Part shown: piece after piece, positions 1 to 12,456 of the stretch
Layout of the letters: each line of letters opens with the position of its first letter
Numbering within the stretch: the first letter of the stretch is position 1
NCBI RefSeq assembly: GCF_035084215.1
Contig: NW_027139623.1
Span: forward strand, 930,001 to 994,000
Direction of reading: 5' to 3'
Origin: Heptranchias perlo
Taxonomy: Eukaryota
DNA: 64,000 bases
Position numbers and translations under genes: made by a program
The notes under the pieces: generated by a model
Told to the model about the DNA's origin: nothing
The model's database searches: none
The model's input: the letters and a program-made list of their open reading frames with translations, nothing else

Positions 1-147
1 TTGATTACATTTCTATATATGGCTATATGCAAATACCAACTCTGGATGATATCGAAATGGGTCAATTGCTAATGACCATCACAATGCTCGGCCCTGGACC
101 TCTTGTTGAGGGTGGCACGCCTTGTGCCGGGGAGAACTCCAAATTTT

Positions 148-213
148 CTACCGCTTCACCATTGCGTAGGTGGTGGATTCCTCACCGAAGGTTCGGACGA
201 TGTTTCGCTGACC
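148..213 (-). CDS. Last coding exon, GQRNIVRTFGEESTTYAMVKR*, containing ITSM TTYAMV
   Basis: Acceptor cctttcatttcag, phase 0 matching the preceding exon; TAG at 150-148; TxYxxV motif. Confidence 0.85.
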   Translation of the reverse strand, partial: GQRNIVRTFGEESTTYAMVKR

Positions 214-419
214 CTGAAATGAAAGGTGCAGTTGGTCAGAAGTTCAATTGTTCGGCTTAAAATCTGTTAACAGTTCAGAGAAATTATATCAGCAGATGGA
301 TGTCGACAAAAGGCGGCAAAATAATACAAGCGGCGTTGTTCGAGTGGGCGGTCATTAAGCTGAAATGTTGAGCCACTCTAAAGGATTTTGACTGTCTGCT
401 AACGGTCATATCGAGTCTA

Positions 420-1100
420 CAGCTCAGAAACAGGCCTTTGGGCCCAACAGTTCTATGAAGGCGTTTATGCTGCACACCAGCCTCCTCCCTCTCTACTTCA
501 TCTAATCCCATCAGGATATCCTTCTAGTCCTTTCTCCCTCGTGTGCCCATCTAGCTTCCCTTTAAATCCATCTATGCTATTTGCCTCAACTATTCCTGTG
601 GTAGCATGTTCCACATTTCACCATGTACAAAGAAGTTTCTCCTGAATTACCTATTGGATTCATTAGTGACTATCGTATATTTATGACATCTAGTATTGGG
701 CTCCCTCACAAGTGAAAACATTATCTCTATGGCTACCTCATCATCATCTTAAAGGCCTCTATCTGGTCACCCCTCAGCCTTTTCTTTGCTGGAGAAAAGC
801 GCCCCAGTCTGTTCAGCCTTTCTTGATGAGTTGACCCACTCAGCTCTGGTATCAGCCTTGTGAATCTTTCTTGCACCTACTGTAATGAATCTATATCCTT
901 TTTATAATAAATGTAAGGAGTCGCACAACACCAGGTTATAGTCCAGGTTATAGAACAGAACTCGGCTCAATACTCCAAGTGTGGTACAACCAAGGCTCTT
1001 TACAGATTTGACTTCATTTCTTTTTAATTCTATCCCTCCAGTAATGAACCCCAGTGTTTGGTTTGCCTTTTTGTGGCCTTATTCACCGGCGTCGCTACTT
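420..1100 (-). mobile_element. CR1-type LINE 3' fragment, with a small Penelope-type fragment at about 912-953
   Basis: Degenerate CR1 3' end resembling other copies in the window; gtaaggagtcgcacaacaccaggttatagtcc resembles the PLE terminus at 1800. Confidence 0.7.
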
Positions 1101-1761
1101 TCTTTATTTTCAGATGAAGTTATCATTTCAACGTAATGCTGTTTGTGTAAAAACATGGAGGTCCCGCGATTACCAGCAGAGAAACAGGAAATCTGGAAAC
1201 ACATAGCGGGAGGACGTTTCTAAATTAGAGGGGATCGACTTCGATGGAAATGGAAATTGGGAGAAGTTTACAACGGGCGACCGAACCCAGATCGCCCGTT
1301 TTACGCCCGCTCCAAGTCGAAAGTTCCAATGCCTATTTCTGACAGCATCGGGAAATAGAAGGGACAACTTATCATTCCAGGTGTGATTCAAAGATGGCGG
1401 GTGTAACTCATGGAACCCGCACGCTGGATCAGTGAGGTCAATAGAAAATTGTCTTGTTTACATAGCAATGCTCTGCATATTCCACACATAAACCAAAAGC
1501 TAACCCTTCACGGCTATATACAGTCTACAGTCAGGTGCACAGAAGTATGTTTACACGTATGCAGATGCAATCTTGGGAACTAAACTCTGCTTTTGCCCTT
1601 CATTTCCTATAGGGGGAGCAAAGCTGCATCTCACCCCTCAAAGATTCGTGTTCCAATGAGGATCCTTTTCAACAAATCTTTTCAAAAAGATCCATTTCTG
1701 TAGTCCTTTTACGACATATTGAAATATGATTGCAAATGTATTTGGTCTCATGAATATTAAA

Positions 1762-1976
1762 TGATGTGGAGATGCCGGTGATGGACTGGGGTTGACAATT
1801 GTAAACAATTTTACAACACCAAGTTATAGTCCAGCAATTTTATTTTAAATTCACAAGCTTTCGGAGGCTTCCTCCTTCGTCACATCGTTCACCTGACGAA
1901 GGAGGAAGCCTCCGAAAGCTTGTGAATTTAAAATAAAATTTCTGGACTATAACTTGGTGTTGTAAAATTGTTTACA
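1762..1976. mobile_element. Short Penelope-like insertion with inverted (hairpin) arms and 12-bp target-site duplication
   Basis: Arms of about 80 bp are reverse complements; atgaatattaaa at 1750-1761 and 1977-1988; near-identical copies at 27.7, 48.2 and 56.7 kb. Confidence 0.8.
1888..1926 (+). ncRNA. Minimal type-I hammerhead ribozyme
   Basis: TTCAC-CTGACGA-A-GGAGG aag CCTCC-GAAA-GC-TT-GTGAA: intact core, stem I, stem II, palindromic stem III. Confidence 0.75.
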
Positions 1977-2143
1977 ATGAATATTAAAGGTTGAGACAAG
2001 GCGACTGTGATTTTAAACAAAGAACAAAGATCCTGAGAGAAAACGGTCAAATATTTGGAATCAACTTAGTAAGAGCATGAATGAGCGAGATAAATGATAA
2101 CATCAAAGTTAAGAAATAAACCCTAAGTTTATTTGTAACTTAC

Positions 2144-2184
2144 GCAGACTTTCCTCGGCTTCGTTTGTAGATTAAGGTCAGCGT
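2144..2184 (-). CDS. Cytoplasmic exon (Y)ADLNLQTKPRKVC, completes ITIM LTYADL
   Basis: tttcatttag acceptor, GTAAGT donor; 41 bp, phase 1 to 0. Confidence 0.85.
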
Positions 2185-3563
2185 CTAAATGAAACAAAAC
2201 AAAAAAAAGATTGCATTGATGTGTAAATATTTAAAACATTTATTAAAAATGTTTCTTTCTATGGTTAGTCTCTCCAAATGAAATGTTATTAAATCATCAT
2301 ATGAATGGGACCATCTCCACTGCCAAGAGTGGGGAGTACCAACGGTTCTCCGGCTGGCCACTGGGAAGCGAATGGACTTCCTATGCTGGTTTCCGTTACC
2401 ATTTCCTGTCTTTCGCCAGGAAATGAATGCGATTCCCAAGGTTTTTCTGGGAACAGGAAATCGATTTGCACTATGTGGCTTGTTATTTTTAGGACTATTG
2501 CAACTACAGTGTTAGTGTGGCAAGTCTTGAGTTGCCCTATGGTCGCAATGATAGATGAACTTATCACTTTCCACTTGTGACGATTAATGCGGTTACATCC
2601 ATGCTTTATAGTTTTATGAATTTGGATAAGGAAGGAATTGAAGCTGAAAGGAAGAGTGTTACTCATTGAGCCAGGACTGAGACCTCATAATAAATAGTAA
2701 TAAAAAGTGAAGTATTATATAAATGAAAGGACAAATGGGGATTGAATTACATCTACACAGCCTCGTCCAGTAATCCCCAACCCTCCAGCCGTACTTCACC
2801 TGCAGACTATACTTTGCCTTGAGTCCGAGTGCCCATTGCCTGTGAGTTCAATTCGCAATAGAATAAAAATCTTAATGCCTGCACCACTTCCTGTTTACCA
2901 AAACGTACTTCCGGTTGTTATTTTTTGTCACACTTTTGCGTCACCTTTTCCATTATAAATTCCGATGGTGCATTCATTTTTACAATAAAAAGCTGCCTCT
3001 GTAAATTTGCCATCCTGTATTTACACTCGCCCACCAGCGGCGACAATGTCGCACCTCGATTTTGCATCTCCCACCTTCGCAGCCTGTTTGCAAAACCGTC
3101 TGATACTTTAACCAACTCTAATTGCTTAAGAAATTGTCAAATATTTTACTACTTTACTGTAAATCTACAACAATTTTAAACCATGTATGTGCACACTTCC
3201 TATTATATACAAATAAGCGCATAACTTCGGATTTTAAAAGTGGGATTGAATTATGCCTGTGCGCCGGACTCCAATGATCTCGTTCCCGCGATTCCCCTTG
3301 AACTGTAGGACACACTCGATCTCCACTCCACGGTGGAAACATAAAATCAATGTTTATATTGCTTCTTGGTCAGGTTAACAAAATGGTTCAGAAATGATTG
3401 ACTCTGTATGTGATTCTTAGCAGATTTGCTAAATATAGTACAAACTGTTGTCTACAAACTGCTACTGCTAATAACTTCTTGTTCATTTTTGTTCGTTAAA
3501 AGAAAAAGAAAATACTGAACGTCAAAGACAATACCGGATGCACCAATACAAAATAGAACTTAC

Positions 3564-3607
3564 ATGTCAGGGTTTCGTTAGTCTCGTCACTAGGAGGCGC
3601 CGTGGTC
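3564..3607 (-). CDS. Cytoplasmic exon (R)TTAPPSDETNETLT
   Basis: ttcttttaag acceptor, GTAAGT donor; 44 bp, phase 2 to 1. Confidence 0.85.
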
Positions 3608-4149
3608 CTTAAAAGAATAGAAATCGTCGATTCAATCATTTTATTTTGCAAGGCACATTTCATGTGATTCGTAGACAGGTAGTGAATGGATCTAGAGATG
3701 GATCCCGCCTGAGATGTAAAAATGCCCCTCGGTACATGGCCAGGAGATCCAGCTGTTGCAAAACCAAGTTTATTCCTGAGAATTGTTCTTTGTTGCCCTG
3801 AAACTACCGATTTGTTTGACGTGTAGGGCGATTAATGAGGAACCGTCTCCAGCTCTCACTATATGTAGCGACTTCATTAAATTGTTTGTGAATATTGCCT
3901 CCCGTTGGACACTCAATTTTTTCGAGCGCAGTTTCCAATTGGCTAGAATAACTAAGGAGAGACATCATCACAAATGCATTCGCGATGTCGTTACACAGAG
4001 CGAACAGAGGAATTTCTGATCTCATTGAGCGGTGGGTAATGTGGGATCCCCAGATGAGAAAGGTCATAGCTTAATAACAACGTGGCTGAAAAGACATTTA
4101 AAGAAATGAAAGGGAGATAAAATGAAAATTATTCAAGTAAATGAAACTG

Positions 4150-4340
4150 CCCGTGTTTGGGTGAGAGTGTGCGCATGTGTGTGCGTGTGATTGTGTTTGA
4201 TATATGTTTGTGTTCCTGTATATTTGTGATTGTGTTTGTGTGTCTGTGTGTGTGTGATTGTGTGTTTGTGTTTGAGTTTGTGTGTATGAATGTGTGATTG
4301 TGTGTTTGAGTGAGAGTGTAAGTGTGAGTGTGAGTGGGGG
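4150..4340. repeat. Imperfect (TG)n microsatellite
   Basis: Direct reading. Confidence 0.9.
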
Positions 4341-4456
4341 AGCTCGATTCTAAAATTTAAAAGCCAGGACACGGACAATTGTACCGAATGTTTGCTGCTG
4401 GGTTTTATTTCGGTTGAGTGTGGTTGAAATTTAAAATTCAACACTTAATGTCTCAC

Positions 4457-4484
4457 CTCATTTCTCTGCTGTTTCCACATTTCC
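4457..4484 (-). CDS. Cytoplasmic micro-exon (G)KCGNSREM
   Basis: ttttattttcag acceptor, GTGAGA donor; 28 bp, phase 1 to 2. Confidence 0.8.
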
Positions 4485-4739
4485 CTGAAAATAAAACATA
4501 AGTGTTAGAAATCCGGATCCAATTACAAAATAGAAAGATGAGAAAGGTCAAGAAACAGAACAGGTCTTTGGGCCACTGAAACTTATTCTCCAGAACCATC
4601 TCCCTCCCGGCACCACATCCAACTCGATTATGAACAAACCCGTAGAGTATAATTTTAACCTAAACCGCCGAGTGGATAACGGGCGGGTTCGGACAGGACT
4701 TCCATTTTACACGCCGCGCGATTATACCCTCCATTGACA

Positions 4740-5720
4740 GGCCAGAGGTACATCAAGGCTTTGAGGAGCTGAAGAAGATGGCTTCGGTGTTTACGCATGT
4801 TAATCTGGACAACGTGTTGGCTGCAAATGTCTCAATGTTTGTTAATCAGTTTGGAGCGAATGGTAACAGCTGTGGTGGCTATGAAGGAGGCTGAGAGATA
4901 GAGATAGAGTAAGGGTACCGAGGAGAGTTGACCGCATACTGCTCAACGATGTAGTTAAGCTGTAGGGTATGGATGATGAAGATGAGTGGGTCAAAGGAGA
5001 TAATCCTGGGCACAGCAGACGTGATTGTGCAGCCAAGGGAGGCGATGTCAATGGATGAAATGTTATGACTATGATGTGACAGGTAGGAGTGGAAATAAAC
5101 GGGGCAGTTCCAGGGAGGCGGTGTATGGAGGACAGACACTTGAGGGATGACCGATGTTTCAAAGGTCGATTAAGAAGAGGAATGATAACAAGCCATCCAA
5201 GCAGTCACACAGGAAGTAACTGGTACTATGGATGGATGGAAGGTTGATGAGAAAGCCTTGAACAGGAAGTGGTGGGAGAAATCGGAGCATACTTGTAACG
5301 GAATCACACCTTTCAATACTTTATAGAGAAAGCGACCTTTGGATATGGGGAGCTGGAGAGGATGAGAGGATTAAGAGATGGCTTTCTTAGGAATTGCGTG
5401 ATGACAGCCGTTCTGCAGGATATAATGACTGAAGCAAAAAGGGAGCGACCGGATCAGCGCATTGGTACTCAGACAACTGAGGTGCGGAATGTTTGTGGCG
5501 AGTAGCTCAGAAGGGAAAGTGTCATGTGAGCATTTCGTGGGTTTTATGGACGAGATGAGTTTAATGTTGATGGGTAAGGAGATAAAAAAGGAAATATCGA
5601 ATCAGGTTGGAGAGGTTTACACAAGGGTGAGTGGGAAGGGTTAGGAAGTAGAGTGGTCAGAAGAGGCCCAGGCAGAAGAGGATTGTTTTTGATTTGGATC
5701 ACAAGGTATTTACAGATGAG
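4740..5720 (-). mobile_element. Old L2-like LINE reverse-transcriptase fragment
   Basis: Degenerate translation AVPRIISFDPLIFIIHT resembles the RT motif GVPQGSILGPLLF; many stops. Confidence 0.5.
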
Positions 5721-6094
5721 GAAGGGCAGTTATTGCATCTTAATTCACCGCACCCCCCGCAGAAAGACGCTACAGACACCACCCCCGTTGCTGCATCTCA
5801 ATATTCTGTCAATGATTCCAAGTTATTCGCCTCCAGAACTGTATCTGGGAGTCCATTCCTTGCATGATCACTGCGTGATGAAGAAATTCGTTATCTCCGA
5901 TTTAGATGATCTTTTACCAGTTTGTAACTGCCTCGCTTTGACCAAACCTATAACTTCATTTCATGTCATGTTTCAGATTTATCCCTTCCATAACATTTAC
6001 TATCTTAAGAAACTCCATAGAATCACCTCTCAGGTGTCTCCTTCCAGACTGAGAACCCCGAGTTTTTGTCGTCATTCTTCATAATGTGACACTA

Positions 6095-6281
6095 TGGGGT
6101 CGAAATTGGTCTTTGGGCAGTAACGCAAATCGGGCGGTATGACATAGTGTGCCAGTTATACGCTCCACCTGACGTTCAGTTCAATTCACATTAATAGGGC
6201 TGAATATCGGGTGCGGTGTAGAACAGGCGGCAAACGCGATACCGCCTGTTTTGCGCCAACGCTCGACATGGATTTCAGCCC
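6095..6281. mobile_element. Palindromic MITE-like element
   Basis: Ends ggggtcgaaatt / gatttcagccc with imperfect internal inverted symmetry; related copies near 1230, 4660, 7530, 11280, 14620 and 15840. Confidence 0.55.
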
Positions 6282-6458
6282 AGGTCTCTTTCAGCTTCGC
6301 CACCAGCGATTTCACCTTTCAATCTGTGATCTCCTTATATTTACTGTCCGAGGTTAGGGGTCAGGTGGTGGTTCGTTTGTAGTGGGGAAGAAAGGAGACG
6401 ACATTTAGCTTGGTCCATGTGTTGGCAATGAACGGATATTACATGCTGTTTAACTCAC

Positions 6459-6548
6459 CTTTCTTCCAGAAACACACACCCAACAGAGCAAGGATAAGAA
6501 TCAGAATCACAGCAGAGCCAACACCAGCCTCCAGCGCAACGGATTTAT
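6459..6548 (-). CDS. Transmembrane exon DKSVALEAGVGSAVILILILALLGVCFWKK
   Basis: ctcatttag acceptor, GTGAGT donor, 90 bp, phase 1-1; hydrophobic run then KK; no mid-membrane Lys/Arg. Confidence 0.9.
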
Positions 6549-7335
6549 CTAAATGAGATAAAGGGGCACAGTGGAATCAAGTTAACCAACATTATCTACA
6601 CGGAATAAATAATCTGCTGCTTGACAGAAGAACAAAACAGGCACTGGGACTGTGTCGATGGAATGGGCCGCATAACAGAAAAATAATGCATTAAAATGTT
6701 GACATAGAATCTTACAGCGCAGAAGGAGGCCATTCTGCCCATTGTGACTGTGCTGGCTCTTTGAAAGAGCTGTCCAATTAATCCCACTCTCCTGCTCTGT
6801 CCCAAGCTTTGCACTGTTTTGATAACGTCCCTCAGTCTCTGATACTCTAAGTCTGTCTCCCCTCCTCTCTTTTCCACTTATAAATCTCCCCCATTGATTC
6901 AATGCTTCAAAGTCAGTGGATCAGTCATGACGCCGTGAGTGGTTTTGGACCGTGATGACAACAAGATGCACCTGTTAAAACTGACGCGGCACAGAGCTCA
7001 ATTGTCATTGGTCGATTAATTAATTGCCTCGTTAATTCATTGATTCGTTCATTGGATATTAACCGTGGATCTTGGACCAGGTGACTATTTAATTACTCAC
7101 AGCTGGTGGCAAAAATATGATAGCGACAGTGTGGGAATGAATCAGTTTCATTCTGTCAGTTTCATTCTGAATGATCACTGGGTCAAAATTGCACATTGGC
7201 AGAGTGAACAGATGTGGTGACGGTTCAGGTGGGGACCTTGATCAGAACTCACCCGCTCTCTCCACAGAAGCTCACTGACGGGCTGTATGTTTACAGCATC
7301 TGTTTTGTGCTTTTTGCTTACTAGTTTCAAATTAC

Positions 7336-7407
7336 CTTGTGTTAAAGATGGTAGAGTGGGTGTTATTTTTTCTCAGATCCTCTGGGCTATTAGGGATCGG
7401 AGAGCAA
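7336..7407 (-). pseudogene. Stalk exon with in-frame TGA: VALRSLIAQRI*EKITPTLPSLTQ
   Basis: gtcctttag acceptor, AG|GTAATT donor, 72 bp phase 1-1 between last Ig and TM exons; P/T/S-rich end. Confidence 0.6.
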
Positions 7408-7529
7408 CTAAAGGACACAACTAGTGAATCAAATTTTTCAACAGAGTTGGAGAAATAAAACCGTTCGACGTTTGGTGCTTTAACTTTCCTCAGTAACAGG
7501 ATAAATAGCGAACAGTTCGTGAAATAAAC

Positions 7530-7697
7530 GTTAAAAGGCCTTTGGGCGATAGGGAAAACTGGACAGTTTCGCATAGGCCGCCTGTTTTACGCTGCGCCCG
7601 ATATTCAAGTTCTATTGCAGCCAATGGGGTTGAATATCGGGCGGGGCGTAAAACGGATGCACGATCCGATACAGCCCAAGACCAAATATTACCCCTG
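7530..7697. mobile_element. Palindromic MITE-like element
   Basis: Central inverted repeat cccgatattcaa / ttgaatatcggg flanked by ttttacg / cgtaaaa. Confidence 0.6.
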
Positions 7698-7793
7698 GAT
7701 GTCATTTCCACGCTAGTTTTGATCGTTAATTACAACACGGAATGCCTTGTACTGCGGTCGGATGAACACATTCACCGTGTGAATCTCACTCAC

Positions 7794-8087
7794 CTCTTAC
7801 AGTTATATATACAGGGTCACTCTCAGCCGACGTTAGCAGCCTTCCCCACACATCCCCTTTATACAGACAGGTGTAATTTCCTCCATCGGTGTGATCTATA
7901 TTCGTGATGGTGAAAGTGACAGAATTGTCCCGTGCAGCAGTCTGGACATCCGAGTAATTCGCTTCTCGGTGTCTGTATAAGTAAAATGTGAAGCCAGGAT
8001 GGTCCCGGGGGTTTGTACAATTAAAGGTAACTTTTCCACCCTTCAAAACAAGACTAGAATCCACTGATATATTTGGTTTGGGTAGAT
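7794..8087 (-). CDS. Ig domain 6 (membrane-proximal, C2-type)
   Basis: 294 bp phase 1-1; DLPKPNIS..VTFNC..FYLY..DGGNYTC..SDPVYITV. Confidence 0.9.
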
Positions 8088-8509
8088 CTGCAATATGTAA
8101 GGAAAAAGCAGTGACAATCGATTCAACCGCAATACAGACTTATTTTTTGTGAACCAAAATATCAATGACCTGGACTTTGGTATTCAGGGCATAATTTCAA
8201 CTGTTTGCAGATGACACGTAACATAGAAGTTGTAAGCACTGAGGAGGATACTATATACAAGGGGGAAATTGCCCATTCATTAGTGGGATGAAACGGAAGA
8301 AAATAAATCAGTTGGGGTTCTATTTTCAAAATCAGCGTTTATCCCTCAAATTTCGCTCTGGGATACCAGAGGAACAGAGGGAAGGCATTGATTTGAAATT
8401 CGCATTTGTGGTAACTTAGCCGAGCCATAACCTGATTAAAAAGAATGAACGTCTCCGCTAAACAGTGGAGATTCCCATTTCAAATAAAGGAGTTAAGTGT
8501 TAGCGGGCT

Positions 8510-8815
8510 TTGGGATGTGCACAACGCTGGGCAGGCCAGCATTTGTTGCCCGTCCCTAATTGCCCATTGAGAAGGTGGTGGTGAGCCGCCTCCTTGTTGA
8601 ACAGCTGCACTCCATGTGGTGAAAGTGCTCCCATATTGCTGCTAGGTAGGGAGTTCCAGGATTTTGATACAGTGACGATGAAGGAACGGTGACATGTGCC
8701 TCAGTCGAGATGATTTATAACTTGGGGGAAAATTGGAGGTGATGCTGTTCCCATCCAGCTGCTACCTTTGTCCTTCTCGGTGTTGGAGATCTCAGGTTTG
8801 GGCGTTACTGTCGAA
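8510..8815 (-). mobile_element. LINE 3' fragment, shared with 13920-14220
   Basis: Same sequence at the equivalent position in the paralogous intron. Confidence 0.55.
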
Positions 8816-8994
8816 ATCCAACCCAGTGAGATGATATGGAAAACCAGAATGTAATTCATTAAAGTACTCCGAGTTACATGGTTATTTTGAAAATCTCGGC
8901 ACGCAGTTTCGGTTATCTGACAGAGAAACCTGTAATGTGACAAGTCCAGCCAGTTTGGAGGTGCCTCGTGAGGTGACACTACACTCAGTGGAGT

Positions 8995-10265
8995 TAATAG
9001 TAAAAAGGAAGTCAAAGGAAGGGTGGGGCCGATTAGGGACCAAAAAGGCGATCTTCTTGTGGAGGCAGAGTGCATGACTGAGATACCTTATGAGTACTTT
9101 GCATCTGTCATCACTAAGGAAGAGGATACTGCCAATGTTCCAGTAAAGGAGAAGAAACTGGATAGGATGAGAATAGATAAAGAGGAGGCACGTGAAAGGT
9201 TAGCAAAGCTCAGAGTAGAAAAGTCACCGGGTTCGGATGGGATGCATTCTAGCTTGCTGAGAAAAGTACGGGTGGAAATTGTGGAGGGATGAACCCGGCA
9301 ACTACAGGCCAGTCAGACTAACGTCGATGGTGGTGAAACTTTTAGAGACAATAACCCGGGACAAAATTAATTGGCACTTGGGAAAATATGGGTTAATAAA
9401 TGAAAGCCAGAACGGATTTGTTAAAGGTAAATCGTGTTGGACTAATTTGATTGAGTTCTTTGATGAAGTAGTGGAGAAGATTGATAAGGGTAATGTAGTT
9501 GATGTTTTATATAAAGACCTTCAAAGGGCGTTTCTAAAAGTGCCATACAATAGACTTGTTGGCAAAATTGAGGCCCATGAGATTAAAGGGCAGTGGATGC
9601 GGGGATACGTAATTAGCACAGAGACAGAAAGCAGAGAGTAGTGGTGAATGGCTGATTTTCAAACTCGAATGAAATGTGCAGTGGCGTCACCCAGGGGTCG
9701 GTGTTGGGACCGCTGCTCTTTTTGATATATGGTAATAACCTGCACTTGGGTGCACAGGGCATAATTTCAAATTTTGCAGGTGATACGAAACATACAAAGA
9801 AGTGAGGAGGATGGTCACAAACTTGAGGAGGACATAGACAGGCTGTTGAAATGGGCAGGCACGTGGCAGATGAAAGTTTACACAGCGAAGTACGAATTAA
9901 TTCATTTTGGTAGGAAGAATGAGGCGAGGCAATATAAACTAAATGGTACAAGTTTAAAGGGGGTGGGGGAACAAAGAGACCTGGGGGTGTACATTCATTA
10001 AACTTTTAAGGTGGCAGGACAAATTGAGAAGGCCGCTAAAGGGGATACTGAATTCTTTATAAACAGACTTACAGGATACAAAAGCAAGGAAGTTGTGCTA
10101 AACATTTACAAAGCACTGGTTAGGCCCCTGCTGTAGTATTGCGGCGAAATCTGCGCACCACACTTTAGGAGGGATGTCAAGACCTTAGAAAGGTACAGAG
10201 GAGATTTACTAGAAAAGTAAAAGGGATGAAAGACTTCAGATAAGTGGAAAGACTGGAGAAACTGA
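8995..10265 (+). mobile_element. CR1 LINE ORF2 (RT) fragment, frameshifted
   Basis: KSPGSDG, PGNYRPVRLTS, QNGFVKGKSCWTNL and RDLGV motifs in broken frames. Confidence 0.9.
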
Positions 10266-11275
10266 GGACGCTAAATTAGGCCGTGTAGTGCCCGTTGATT
10301 CGGCGCTATGTGGCCTCTCCAACATCTAAGATGGCGTCTTGCATGCGAACGCACATTTGCAGTGTGATGTGCACCAGATGCCATCTTGGTATTGGAGTTA
10401 GCAGTGGGCGAAGATTATGAAGCCGGAATCATGTAAAGTAGGGAGAAAATGGCTTCAATCAGTGTGCAACGATGATTTAGAGTGATAAACACCATTTTGG
10501 GACTTAACGCACAACTCAACGCACAGTCTTAACCCCGACCATCTGAACGTGTCTAAGATTGCCTGGAGGACACTCACCGGCGCTATTTAAAGCGACCATG
10601 CAGGATATACAAATTAGTGGCTGGATTATTGTTACTGGCTGCCGAGACATTTGTAACTGTTCTTGGAGACTCTCCCACTCTTGAATACTAGGATGCAGGG
10701 ACATGGCCTAACATTTAGAGCAAGGGCGTGTTGGAGTGAATTTAGGAAATGCTTCTACATGCAAAGGGTGGGAAACAGTTCGAATGGTATTCTGCAGACG
10801 GCAGTTGATGCTGGCTTACTTGTGAAAGTTAATTCTGAGATTGATAGATTTCTGTGAACCAAGGGTATTAAGGGATATTGGGCTAAGGCAGGTATATGGA
10901 GTTCGGTCACAGGTCCACCGTGATCTCATTGAACGGCAGAACAGGCTCCATGGGCTAAATGCCACCGCCACTTGCTGCTTCCTGATATGCAACATCTTCT
11001 CCTGCAAGAAAGTGCGACGCGTGTCTGGATGACGTGCCTGTCATGGTTGAATAGCTGCCAGTGTGTGTGAGCAGTGATTTGTTAGCCTGCGCTAACTCCT
11101 ATACTAAAATAGCGTCTGGCGCACATCACGCTGGAAACGTGCGTGAGCATCCAAGACGCCAACTTGGATATCGAAGAGGCCGTGTCGGGCCGAAACAATG
11201 GGCGCTACACGGGCCGAAACAATGGGCGCTACAGGAGCCGAAACAATGGGCGCTACACAGCCCAATTTAGCGCCC
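10266..11275. mobile_element. Non-autonomous DNA transposon with long terminal inverted repeats, a nested CR1 3' end and a 3x24-bp duplication in the right TIR
   Basis: ggacgctaaattaggccgtgtag at left vs ctacacagcccaatttagcgccc at right; complementarity extends about 135 bp. Confidence 0.75.
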
Positions 11276-11633
11276 GAACCCTCCCCTTTCCGCCGGGCGT
11301 GTTCGTTTAAAGTTATTCTCCAACTATCACCCTGGGTTGTGAGGTAAAGTTTTAGTCGGGATTGATATCATAAATTTCTGACAGTGGAATATAAATCCGT
11401 CTGAGGCGGAGGCCTGAAACGGGCGATCGAGCACATTTTATACTCCACAGATTTTAAACACCACCCAATTATCATTTCCATTGAAGTCAATGTAAAGAAA
11501 AACCGGAAGAGATGAGAAACGCTCTGCCGATTCACTATCGTCCGTTCTACGATAACGCATTGTCATAATCTACCCCTAATGCTGTTGAATAGATATTTCA
11601 ACAATCTCTGCTCCTCCCGCCCCTTTCACTCAC

Positions 11634-11927
11634 CTGCGATAGTGAACCTCACAGCCTCGCTGAGCTGGGACCAAAACTGCCTTCTATTGACGGAGGTTCC
11701 ATATTGACAGTGGTAGCTCCCTCCTTGGTCTGTTCCGGTGACTCTGAATGTTCCAATGTTGTCCTTTGTGATGATTTGATGAGAGTTCAGAAGTCGGCGA
11801 TCTCTGTAAAAATGGAAAGTTTGATCGCGATAGTCTCCGGCCACGGTGCAGGTAATGGTCACCGTCTCTCCTTTCAAATACACGCCACTTGGTTGATCAG
11901 GGGATATCCGTGGCTTTTTCGGCGTAT
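11634..11927 (-). CDS. Ig domain 5
   Basis: 294 bp phase 1-1; GETVTITC..FHFYRD..DQGGSYHCQY. Confidence 0.92.
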
Positions 11928-12456
11928 CTATGGTAAAATAAATGGAAAGAACAATTGGAAATGGATCTGTGGATTAAGTTACGGTGGAAGTTTGGGAACT
12001 CCATACCGATTGTGTGGTGTTGAGTGGAAATGTTTGTATCGGCGGCTGAAATTCGACAAAACGGGAATTGACCATTCATTAGTGGAATCAAACTGAGGTG
12101 CGAGAGAAAATAAATCAGTTTGTGGTTCTATTTCCAAAATCAGGGTTTAGTCCTGAAATTGCACCCTGCGATACGAGGGGAACATGGACAATGCGCTGAT
12201 TTGAAATTCCCATTCTTTGTCATTTAGGCTATGGTGCAAACCGGATATCAAAGAGTGAACTTCTCTGCTGAACCGTGGAGATTGGAACCTCAAATAAAGG
12301 AGGGAAGTGATGGTCGATTTTTTATTTATCATTCTTGGGGATGTGAATCAATGACATCACTGGATCTGAATATCGGATCGGGCTGATATCAGACGACAGG
12401 TCCGATCCCGCCCGTCTTACACAACTGCCCGTGGCGGATTTCTAATCAATTTTTAC

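Noticed and set aside
2185-2666. Overlapping short ORFs in the cytoplasmic intron
   Set aside because: No recognisable motif or compatible splice sites; the gene model is complete without them.
6459-6548. Activating-receptor interpretation from the Glu in the TM exon
   Set aside because: The Glu lies at the outer edge, there is no intramembrane Lys/Arg, and the tail is inhibitory.
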